Below, in pieces: positions 1-11,219 of a DNA stretch of 64,000 nt (position 1 is its first letter; each line of letters begins with the position of its first letter). This DNA comes from the human T2T-CHM13v2.0 reference genome, Homo sapiens: assembly GCF_009914755.1 (NCBI RefSeq), contig NC_060943.1. The stretch is one strand, 5' to 3'. Below the pieces are notes generated by a model. It worked only from the letters and a program-made list of their open reading frames with translations. It was not told where the DNA came from and did not search any database. The position numbers were made by a program, and so were the translations under genes.

Positions 1-76
1 CGATCCTTTACACAGAGCAGACTTGAAACACTCTTTTTGTGGAATTTGCAAGTGGAGATTTCAGCCGCTTTGAGGT

Positions 77-93
77 CAATGGTAGAATAGGAA
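77..93 (+). promoter_or_regulatory. Degenerate pJalpha/A-box position of the A-type monomer (representative; one per dimer)
   Basis: CAATGGTAGAATAGGAA lies at the position homologous to the CENP-B box and resembles the A-box consensus CTAYGGTGRAAAAGGAA with several mismatches. Binding is not demonstrated. Confidence 0.65.
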
Positions 94-289
94 ATATCTT
101 CCTATAGAAACTAGACAGAATGATTCTCAGAAACTCCTTTGTGATGTGTGCGTTCAACTCACACAGTTTAACCTTTCTTTTCATAGAGCAGTTAGGAAAC
201 ACTCTGTTTGTAAAGTCTGCAAGTGGATATTCAGACCACCTTGAGGCATTCGTTGGAAACGGGATTTCTTCATATTATGCTAGACAGAA

Positions 290-295
290 GAATTC
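290..295. other. EcoRI site (GAATTC), once per dimer: the classical 340-bp EcoRI alphoid dimer
   Basis: GAAGAATTCTCAG in one monomer junction; the homologous position in the other reads GAATGATTCTCAG. I saw no dimer lacking the site. Confidence 0.9.
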
Positions 296-321
296 TCAGT
301 AACTTCCTTGTGTTGTGTGTA

Positions 322-340
322 TTCAACTCACAGAGTTGAA
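322..340. repeat. Short inverted repeat (8-bp arms, 3-nt spacer), once per dimer
   Basis: TTCAACTC-ACA-GAGTTGAA, with arms that are exact reverse complements. The other monomer has an imperfect version, GTTCAACTC-ACA-GAGTT(T/C)AAC. Confidence 0.9.
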
Positions 341-587
341 CGATCCTTTACACAGAGCAGACTTGAAACACTCTTTTTGTGGAATTTGCAAGTGGAGATT
401 TCAGCCGCTTTGAGGTCAATGGTAGAATAGGAAATATCTTCCTATAGAAACTAGACAGAATGATTCTCAGAAACTCCTTTGTGATGTGTGCGTTCAACTC
501 ACACAGTTTAACCTTTCTTTTCATAGAGCAGTTAGGAAACACTCTGTTTGTAAAGTCTGCAAGTGGATATTCAGACCTCCTTGAGGC

Positions 588-604
588 CTTCGTTGGAAAC
601 GGGA
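588..604 (+). promoter_or_regulatory. CENP-B box (representative; one per dimer, in every second monomer)
   Basis: CTTCGTTGGAAACGGGA matches the canonical YTTCGTTGGAARCGGGA. Common alleles are CTTCG..AAACGGGA (L), CTTCG..AAGCGGGA (F) and TTTCG..AAACGGGA (I). By manual count about 172 of 188 keep the core NTTCGNNNNANNCGGGN. Confidence 0.97.
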
Positions 605-1699
605 TTTCTTCATATTATGCTAGACAGAAGAATTCTCAGTAACTTCCTTGTGTTGTGTGTATTCAACTCACAGAGTTGAACGATCCTTTACACAGAGCAG
701 ACTTGAAACACTCCTTTTGTGGAATTTGCAAGTGGAGATTTCAGCCGCTTTGAGGTCAATGATAGAATAGGAAATATCTTCCTATAGAAAGTAGACAGAA
801 TGATTCTCAGAAACTCCTTTGTGATGTGTGCGTTCAACTCACAGAGTTTAACCTTTCTTTTCATAGAGCAGTTAGGAAACACTCTGTTTGTAAAGTCTGC
901 AAGTGGATATTCAGACCTCCTTGAGGCCTTCGTTGGAAACGGGATTTCTTCATATTATGCTAGACAGAAGAATTCTCAGTAACTTCCTTGTGTTGTGTGT
1001 ATTCAACTCACAGAGTTGAACGATCCTTTACACAGAGCAGACTTGAAACACTCTTTTTGTGGAATTTGCAAGTGGAGATTTCAGCCGCTTTGAGTTCAAT
1101 GGTAGAATAGGAAATATCTTCCTATAGAAACTAGACAGAATGATTCTCATAACTCCTTTGTGATGTGTGCGTTCAACTCACAGAGTTCAACCTTTCTTTT
1201 CATAGAGCAGTTGGGAAACACTCTGTTTGTAAAGTCTGCAAGTGGATATTCAGACTTCTTTGAGGCCTTCGTTGGAAGCGGGATTTCTTCATATTCTGCT
1301 AGACAGAAGAATTCTCAGTAACTGCCTTGTGTTGTGTGTATTCAACTCACAGAGTTGAACGATCCTTTACACAGAGCAGACTTGAAACACTCTTTTTGTG
1401 GAATTTGCAAGTGGAGATTTCAGCCGCTTTGAGGTCAATGGTAGAATAGGAAATATCTTCCTATAGAAACTAGACAGAATGATTCTCAGAAACTCCTTTG
1501 TGATGTGTGCGTTCAACTCACAGAGTTTAACCTTTCTTTTCATAGAGCAGTTAGGAAACACTCTGTTTGTAAAGTCTGCAAGTGGATATTCAGACCTCCT
1601 TGAGGCCTTCGTTGGAAACGGGATTTCTTCATATTATGCTAGACAGAAGAATTCTCAGTAACTTCCTTGTGTTGTGTGTATTCAACTCACAGAGTTGAA

Positions 1700-4600
1700 C
1701 GATCCTTTACACAGAGCAGACTTGAAACACTCTTTTTGTGGAATTTGCAAGTGGAGATTTCAGCCGCTTTGAGGTCAATGGTAGAATAGGAAATATCTTC
1801 CTATAGAAACTAGACAGAATGATTCTCAGAAACTCCTTTGTGATGTGTGCGTTCAACACACAGAGTTCAACCTTTCTTTTCATAGAGCAGTTGGGAAACA
1901 CTCTGTTTGTAAAGTCTGCAAGTGGATATTCAGACTTCTTTGAGGCCTTCGTTGGAAGCGGGATTTCTTCATATTCTGCTAGACAGAAGAATTCTCAGTA
2001 ACTTCCTTGTGTTGTGTGTATTCAACTCACAGAGTTGAACGATCCTTTACACAGAGCAGACTTGAAACACTCTTTTTGTGGAATTTGCAAGTGGAGATTT
2101 CAGCCGCTTTGAGGTCAATGGTAGAATAGGAAATATCTTCCTATAGAAACTAGACAGAATGATTCTCAGAAACTCCTTTGTGATGTGTGCGTTCAACTCA
2201 CAGAGTTTACCCTTTCTTTTCATAGAGCAGTTAGGAAACACTCTGTTTGTAAAGTCTGCAAGTGGATATTCAGACATCCTTGAGGCTTTCGTTGGAAACG
2301 GGATTTCTTCATATTCTGCCAGAAAGAAGAATTCTCAGTAACTTCCTTGTGTTGTGTGTATTCAACTCACAGAGTTGAACGATCCTTTACACAGAGCAGA
2401 CTTGAAACACTCTTTTTGTGGAATTTGCAAGTGGAGATTTCAGCCGCTTTGAGGTCAATGGTAGAATAGGAAATATCTTCCTATAGAAACTAGACAGAAT
2501 GATTCTCAGAAACTCCTTTGTGATGTGTGCGTTCAACTCACAGAGTTTAACCTTTCTTTTCATAGAGCAGTTAGGAAACACTCTGTTTGTAAAGTCTGGA
2601 AGTGGATATTCAGACCTCCTTGAGGCCTTCGTTGGAAACGGGATTTCTTCATATTATGCTAGACAGAAGAATTCTCAGTAACTTCCTTGTGTTGTGTGTA
2701 TTCAACTCACAGAGTTGAACGATCCTTTACACAGAGCAGACTTGAAACACTCTTTTTGTGGAATTTGCAAGTGGAGATTTCAGCCGCTTTGAGGTCAATG
2801 GTAGAATAGGAAATATCTTCCTATAGAAACTAGACAGAATGATTCTCAGAAACTCCTTTGTGATGTGTGCGTTCAACTCACAGAGTTCAACCTTTCTTTT
2901 CATAGAGCAGTTTGGAAACACTCTGTTTGTAAAGTCTGCAAGTGGATATTCAGACTTCTTTGAGGCCTTCGTTGGAAGCGGGATTTCTTCATATTCTGCT
3001 AGACAGAAGAATTCTCAGTAACTGCCTTGTGTTGTGTGTATTCAACTCACAGAGTTGAACGATCCTTTACACAGAGCAGACTTGAAACACTCTTTTTGTG
3101 GAATTTGCAAGTGGAGATTTCAGCCGCTTTGAGGTCAATGGTAGAATAGGAAATATCTTCCTATAGAAACTAGACAGAATGATTCTCAGAAACTCCTTTG
3201 TGATGTGTGCGTTCAACTCACAGAGTTTACCCTTTCTTTTCATAGAGCAGTTAGGAAACACTCTGTTTGTAAAGTCTGCAAGTGGATATTCAGACATCCT
3301 TGAGGCTTTCGTTGGAAACGGGATTTCTTCATATTCTGCCAGAAAGAAGAATTCTCAGTAACTTCCTTGTGTTGTGTGTATTCAACTCACAGAGTTGAAC
3401 GATCCTTTACACAGAGCAGACTTGAAACACTCTTTTTGTGGAATTTGCAAGTGGAGATTTCAGCCGCTTTGAGGTCAATGGTAGAATAGGAAATATCTTC
3501 CTATAGAAACTAGACAGAATGATTCTCAGAAACTCCTTTGTGATGTGTGCGTTCAACTCACAGAGTTTAACCATTCTTTTCATAGAGCAGTTAGGAAACA
3601 CTCTGTTTGTAAAGTCTGCAAGTGGATATTCAGACATCCTTGAGGCTTTCGTTGGAAACGGGATTTCTTCATATTCTGCTAGAAAGAAGAATTCTCAGTA
3701 ACTTCCTTGTGTTGTGTGTATTCAACTCACAGAGTTGAACGATCCTTTACACAGAGCAGACTTGAAACACTCTTTTTGTGGAATTTGCAAGTGGAGATTT
3801 CAGCCGCTTTGAGGTCAATGGTAGAATAGGAAATATCTTCCTATAGAAACTAGACAGAATGATTCTCAGAAACTCCTTTGTGATGTGTGCGTTCAACTCA
3901 CAGAGTTTAACCTTTCTTTTCATAGAGCAGTTGGGAAACACTCTGTTTGTAAAGTCTGCAAGTGGATATTCAGACATCCTTGAGGCTTTCATTGGAAACG
4001 GGATTTCTTCATATTCTGCTAGAAAGAAGAATTCTCAGTAACTTCCTTGTGTTGTGTGTATTCAACTCACAGAGTTGAACGATCCTTTACACAGAGCAGA
4101 CTTGAAACACTCTTTTTGTGGAATTTGCAAGTGGAGATTTCAGCCGCTTTGAGGTCAATGGTAGAATAGGAAATATCTTCCTATAGAAACTAGACAGAAT
4201 GATTCTCAGAAACTCCTTTGTGATGTGTGCGTTCAAATCACACAGTTTAACCTTTCTTTTCATAGAGCAGTTAGGAAACACTCTGTTTGTAAAGTCTGCA
4301 AGTGGATATTCAGACCTCCTTGAGGCCTTCGTTGGAAACGGGATTTCTTCATATTATGCTAGACAGAAGAATTCTCAGTAACTTCCTTGTGTTGTGTGTA
4401 TTCAACTCACAGAGTTGAACGATCCTTTACACAGAGCAGACTTGAAACACTCTTTTTGTGGAATTTGCAAGTGGAGATTTCAGCCGCTTTGAGGTCAATG
4501 GTAGAATAGGAAATATCTTCCTATAGAAACTAGACAGAATGATTCTCAGAAACTCCTTTGTGATGTGTGCGTTCAACACACAGAGTTCAACCTTTCTTTT

Positions 4601-6799
4601 CATAGAGCAGTTGGGAAACACTCTGTTTGTAAAGTCTGCAAGTGGATATTCAGACTTCTTTGAGGCCTTCGTTGGAAGCGGGATTTCTTCATATTCTGCT
4701 AGACAGAAGAATTCTCAGTAACTGCCTTGTGTTGTGTGTATTCAACTCACAGAGTTGAACGGTCCTTTACACAGAGCAGACTTGAAACACTCTTTTTGTG
4801 GAATTTGCAAGTGGAGATTTCAGCCGCTTTGAGGTCAATGGTAGAATAGGAAATATCTTCCTATAGAAACTCGACAGAATGATTCTCAGAAACTCCTTTG
4901 TGATGTGTGCGTTCAACTCACAGAGTTTACCCTTTCTTTTCATAGAGCAGTTAGGAAACACTCTGTTTGTAAAGTCTGCAAGTGGATATTCAGACATCCT
5001 TGAGGCTTTCGTTGGAAACGGGATTTCTTCATATTCTGCCAGAAAGAAGAATTCTCAGTAACTTCCTTGTGTTGTGTGTATTCAACTCACAGAGTTGAAC
5101 GATCCTTTACACAGAGCAGACTTGAAACACTCTTTTTGTGGAATTTGCAAGTGGAGATTTCAGCCGCTTTGAGGTCAATGGTAGAATAGGAAATATCTTC
5201 CTATAGAAACTAGACAGAATGATTCTCAGAAACTCCTTTGTGATGTGTGCGTTCAACTCACAGAGTTTAACCTTTCTTTTCATAGAGCAGTTAGGAAACA
5301 CTCTGTTTGTAAAGTCTGGAAGTGGATATTCAGACCTCCTTGAGGCCTTCGTTGGAAACGGGATTTCTTCATATTATGCTAGACAGAAGAATTCTCAGTA
5401 ACTTCCTTGTGTTGTGTGTATTCAACTCACAGAGTTGAACGATCCTTTACACAGAGCAGACTTGAAACACTCTTTTTGTGGAATTTGCAAGTGGAGATTT
5501 CAGCCGCTTTGAGGTCAATGGTAGAATAGGAAATATCTTCCTATAGAAACTAGACAGAATGATTCTCAGAAACTCCTTTGTGATGTGTGCGTTCAACTCA
5601 CAGAGTTCAACCTTTCTTTTCATAGAGCAGTTTGGAAACACTCTGTTTGTAAAGTCTGCAAGTGGATATTCAGACTTCTTTGAGGCCTTCGTTGGAAGCG
5701 GGATTTCTTCATATTCTGCTAGACAGAAGAATTCTCAGTAACTGCCTTGTGTTGTGTGTATTCAACTCACAGAGTTGAACGATCCTTTACACAGAGCAGA
5801 CTTGAAACACTCTTTTTGTGGAATTTGCAAGTGGAGATTTCAGCCGCTTTGAGGTCAATGGTAGAATAGGAAATTTCTTCCTATAGAAACTAGACAGAAT
5901 GATTCTCAGAAACTCCTTTGTGATGTGTGCGTTCAACTCACAGAGTTTACCCTTTCTTTTCATAGAGCAGTTAGGAAACACTCTGTTTGTAAAGTCTGCA
6001 AGTGGATATTCAGACATCCTTGAGGCTTTCGTTGGAAACGGGATTTCTTCATATTCTGCCAGAAAGAAGAATTCTCAGTAACTTCCTTCTGTTGTGTGTA
6101 TTCAACTCACAGAGTTGAACGATCCTTTACACAGAGCAGACTTGAAACACTCTTTTTGTGGAATTTGCAAGTGGAGATTTCAGCCGCTTTGAGGTCAATG
6201 GTAGAATAGGAAATATCTTCCTATAGAAACTAGACAGAATGATTCTCAGAAACTCCTTTGTGATGTGTGCGTTCAACTCACAGAGTTTAACCATTCTTTT
6301 CATAGAGCAGTTAGGAAACACTCTGTTTGTAAAGTCTGCAAGTGGATATTCAGACATCCTTGAGGCTTTCGTTGGAAACGGGATTTCTTCATATTCTGCT
6401 AGAAAGAAGAATTCTCAGTAACTTCCTTGTGTTGTGTGTATTCAACTCACAGAGTTGAACGATCCTTTACACAGAGCAGACTTGAAACACTCTTTTTGTG
6501 GAATTTGCAAGTGGAGATTTCAGCCGCTTTGAGGTCAATGGTAGAATAGGAAATATCTTCCTATAGAAACTAGACAGAATGATTCTCAGAAACTCCTTTG
6601 TGATGTGTGCGTTCAACTCACAGAGTTTAACCTTTCTTTTCATAGAGCAGTTGGGAAACACTCTGTTTGTAAAGTCTGCAAGTGGATATTCAGACATCCT
6701 TGAGGCTTTCGTTGGAAACGGGATTTCTTCATATTCTGCTAGAAAGAAGAATTCTCAGTAACTTCCTTGTGTTGTGTGTATTCAACTCACAGAGTTGAA
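1700..6799 (+). repeat. Tandem duplication with 2720-bp (8-dimer) period
   Basis: Rare variants pair at exactly +2720: CAACACA 1858/4578, TCTGGA 2599/5319, TTTGGA 2913/5633, CCATT 3573/6293. Confidence 0.9.
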
Positions 6800-9700
6800 C
6801 GATCCTTTACACAGAGCAGACTTGAAACACTCTTTTTGTGGAATTTGCAAGTGGAGATTTCAGCCGCTTTGAGGTCAATGGTAGAATAGGAAATATCTTC
6901 CTATAGAAACTAGACAGAATGATTCTCAGAAACTCCTTTGTGATGTGTGCGTTCAACTCACAGAGTTTAACCTTTCTTTTCATAGAGCAGTTGGGAAACA
7001 CTCTGTTTGTAAAGTCTGCAAGTGGATATTCAGACATCCTTGAGGCTTTCGTTGGAAACGGGATTTCTTCATATTCTGCTAGAAAGAAGAATTCTCAGTA
7101 ACTTCCTTGTGTTGTGTGTATTCAACTCACAGAGTTGAACGATCCTTTACACAGAGCAGACTTGAAACACTCTTTTTGTGGAATTTGCAAGTGGAGATTT
7201 CAGCCGCTTTGAGGTCAATGGTAGAATAGGAAATATCTTCCTATAGAAACTAGACAGAATGATTCTCAGAAACTCCTTTGTGATGTGTGCGTTCAACTCA
7301 CACAGTTTAACCTTTCTTTTCATAGAGCAGTTAGGAAACACTCTGTTTGTAAAGTCTGCAAGTGGATATTCAGACCTCCTTGAGGCCTTCGTTGGAAACG
7401 GGATTTCTTCATATTATGCTAGACAGAAGAATTCTCAGTAACTTCCTTGTGTTGTGTGTATTCAACTCACAGAGTTGAACGATCCTTTACACAGAGCAGA
7501 CTTGAAACACTCCTTTTGTGGAATTTGCAAGTGGAGATTTCAGCCGCTTTGAGGTCAATGGTAGAATAGGAAATATCTTCCTATAGAAAGTAGACAGAAT
7601 GATTCTCAGAAACTCCTTTGTGATGTGTGCGTTCAACTCACAGAGTTTAACCTTTCTTTTCATAGAGCAGTTAGGAAACACTCTGTTTGTAAAGTCTGCA
7701 AGTGGATATTCAGACCTCCTTGAGGCCTTCGTTGGAAACGGGATTTCTTCATATTATGCTAGACAGAAGAATTCTCAGTAACTTCCTTGTGTTGTGTGTA
7801 TTCAACTCACAGAGTTGAACGATCCTTTACACAGAGCAGACTTGAAACACTCTTTTTGTGGAATTTGCAAGTGGAGATTTCAGCCGCTTTGAGTTCAATG
7901 GTAGAATAGGAAATATCTTCCTATAGAAACTAGACAGAATGATTCTCAGAAACTCCTTTGTGATGTGTGCGTTCACCTCACAGAGTTCAACCTTTCTTTT
8001 CATAGAGCAGTTGGGAAACACTCTGTTTGTAAAGTCTGCAAGTGGATATTCAGACTTCTTTGAGGCCTTCGTTGGAAGCGGGATTTCTTCATATTCTGCT
8101 AGACAGAAGAATTCTCAGTAACTGCCTTGTGTTGTGTGTATTCAACTCACAGAGTTGAACGATCCTTTACACAGAGCAGACTTGAAACACTCTTTTTGTG
8201 GAATTTGCAAGTGGAGATTTCAGCCGCTTTGAGGTCAATGGTAGAATAGGAAATATCTTCCTATAGAAACTAGACAGAATGATTCTCAGAAACTCCTTTG
8301 TGATGTGTGCGTTCAACTCACAGAGTTTAACCTTTCTTTTCATAGAGCAGTTAGGAAACACTCTGTTTGTAAAGTCTGCAAGTGGATATTCAGACCTCCT
8401 TGAGGCCTTCGTTGGAAACGGGATTTCTTCATATTATGCTAGACAGAAGAATTCTCAGTAACTTCCTTGTGTTGTGTGTATTCAACTCACAGAGTTGAAC
8501 GATCCTTTACACAGAGCAGACTTGAAACACTCTTTTTGTGGAATTTGCAAGTGGAGATTTCAGCCGCTTTGAGGTCAATGGTAGAATAGGAAATATCTTC
8601 CTATAGAAACTAGACAGAATGATTCTCAGAAACTCCTTTGTGATGTGTGCGTTCAACTCACAGAGTTCAACCTTTCTTTTCATAGAGCAGTTGGGAAACA
8701 CTCTGTTTGTAAAGTCTGCAAGTGGATATTCAGACTTCTTTGAGGCCTTCGTTGGAAGCGGGATTTCTTCATATTCTGCTAGACAGAAGAATTCTCAGTA
8801 ACTTACTTGTGTTGTGTGTATTCAACTCACAGAGTTGAACGATCCTTTACACAGAGCAGACTTGAAACACTCTTTTTGTGGAATTTGCAAGTGGAGATTT
8901 CAGCCGCTTTGAGGTCAATGGTAGAATAGGAAATATCTTCCTATAGAAACTAGACAGAATGATTCTCAGAAACTCCTTTGTGATGTGTGCGTTCAACTCA
9001 CAGAGTTTAACCTTTCTTTTCATAGAGCAGTTGGGAAACACTCTGTTTGTAAAGTCTGCAAGTGGATATTCAGACATCCTTGAGGCTTTCGTTGGAAACG
9101 GGATTTCTTCATATTCTGCTAGAAAGAAGAATTCTCAGTAACTTCCTTGTGTTGTGTGTATTCAACTCACAGAGTTGAACGATCCTTTACACAGAGCAGA
9201 CTTGAAACACTCTTTTTGTGGAATTTGCAAGTGGAGATTTCAGCCGCTTTGAGGTCAATGGTAGAATAGGAAATATCTTCCTATAGAAACTAGACAGAAT
9301 GATTCTCAGAAACTCCTTTGTGATGTGTGCGTTCAACTCACACAGTTTAACCTTTCTTTTCATAGAGCAGTTAGGAAACACTCTGTTTGTAAAGTCTGCA
9401 AGTGGATATTCAGACCTCCTTGAGGCCTTCGTTGGAAACGGGATTTCTTCATATTATGCTAGACAGAAGAATTCTCAGTAACTTCCTTGTGTTGTGTGTA
9501 TTCAACTCACAGAGTTGAACGATCCTTTACACAGAGCAGACTTGAAACACTCCTTTTGTGGAATTTGCAAGTGGAGATTTCAGCCGCTTTGAGGTCAATG
9601 GTAGAATAGGAAATATCTTCCTATAGAAAGTAGACAGAATGATTCTCAGAAACTCCTTTGTGATGTGTGCGTTCAACTCACAGAGTTTAACCTTTCTTTT

Positions 9701-10879
9701 CATAGAGCAGTTAGGAAACACTCTGTTTGTAAAGTCTGCAAGTGGATATTGAGACCTCCTTGAGGCCTTCGTTGGAAACGGGATTTCTTCATATTATGCT
9801 AGACAGAAGAATTCTCAGTAACTTCCTTGTGTTGTGTGTATTCAACTCACATAGTTGAACGATCCTTTACACAGAGCAGACTTGAAACACTCTTTTTGTG
9901 GAATTTGCAAGTGGAGATTTCAGCCGCTTTGAGTTCAATGGTAGAATAGGAAATATCTTCCTATAGAAACTAGACAGAATGATTCTCAGAAACTCCTTTG
10001 TGATGTGTGCGTTCACCTCACAGAGTTCAACCTTTCTTTTCATAGAGCAGTTGGGAAACACTCTGTTTGTAAAGTCTGCAAGTGGATATTCAGACTTCTT
10101 TGAGGCCTTCGTTGGAAGCGGGATTTCTTCATATTCTGCTAGACAGAAGAATTCTCAGTAACTGCCTTGTGTTGTGTGTATTCAACTCACAGAGTTGAAC
10201 GATCCTTTACACAGAGCAGACTTGAAACACTCTTTTTGTGGAATTTGCAAGTGGAGATTTCAGCCGCTTTGAGGTCAATGGTAGAATAGGAAATATCTTC
10301 CTATAGAAACTAGACAGAATGATTCTCAGAAACTCCTTTGTGATGTGTGCATTCAACTCACAGAGTTTAACCTTTCTTTTCATAGAGCAGTTAGGAAACA
10401 CTCTGTTTGTAAAGTCTGCAAGTGGATATTCAGACCTCCTTGAGGCCTTCGTTGGAAACGGGATTTCTTCATATTATGCTAGACAGAAGAATTCTCAGTA
10501 ACTTCCTTGTGTTGTGTGTATTCAACTCACAGAGTTGAACGATCCTTTACACAGAGCAGACTTGAAACACTCTTTTTGTGGAATTTGCAAGTGGAGATTT
10601 CAGCCGCTTTGAGGTCAATGGTAGAATAGGAAATATCTTCCTATAGAAACTAGACAGAATGATTCTCAGAAACTCCTTTGTGATGTGTGCGTTCAACTCA
10701 CAGAGTTCAACCTTTCTTTTCATAGAGCAGTTGGGAAACACTCTGTTTGTAAAGTCTGCAAGTGGATATTCAGACTTCTTTGAGGCCTTCGTTGGAAGCG
10801 GGATTTCTTCATATTCTGCTAGACAGAAGAATTCTCAGTAACTGCCTTGTGTTGTGTTTATTCAACTCACAGAGTTAAA
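6800..10879 (+). repeat. Tandem duplication with 2040-bp (6-dimer) period
   Basis: Dimer order I-L-L-F-L-F occurs twice. TTCACCTC at 7976/10016; the CTCCTTTT + AAAGTAG dimer has its minus ORFs at 7487/9527. Confidence 0.85.
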
Positions 10880-11219
10880 CGATCCTTTACACAGAGCAGA
10901 CTTGAAACACTCTTTTTGTGGAATTTGCAAGTGGAGATTTCAGCCGCTTTGAGGTCAATGGTAGAATAGGAAATATCTTCCTATAGAAACTAGACAGAAT
11001 GATTCTCAGAAACTCCTTTGTGATGCGTGCGTTCAACTCACAGAGTTTAACCTTTCTTTTCATAGAGCAGTTAGGAAACACTCTGTTTGTAAAGTCTGCA
11101 AGTGGATATTCAGACATCCTTGAGGCTTTCGTTGGAAACGGGATTTCTTCATATTCTGCTAGAAAGAAGAATTCTCAGTAACTTCCTTGTGTTGTGTGTA
11201 TTCAACTCACAGAGTTGAA

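Larger units (their letters stand above)
1..340 (+). repeat. Representative 340-bp dimer unit (A-type plus B-type monomer)
   Basis: Homologous box positions at 77 (A-box), 248 (CENP-B box) and 417 (next A-box) give monomer spacings of 171 and 169 bp. Confidence 0.95.

Noticed and set aside
101-110. TATA-like CTATAGAAA as a promoter for the + strand ORF
   Set aside because: It is an ordinary part of the alphoid monomer and a poor TATA match, with no supporting context. Centromeric transcription cannot be inferred from sequence alone.
322-340. Hairpin as a terminator or structured ncRNA/tRNA
   Set aside because: It is only an 8-bp AT-rich stem, with no U-tract or cloverleaf, in eukaryotic satellite context.
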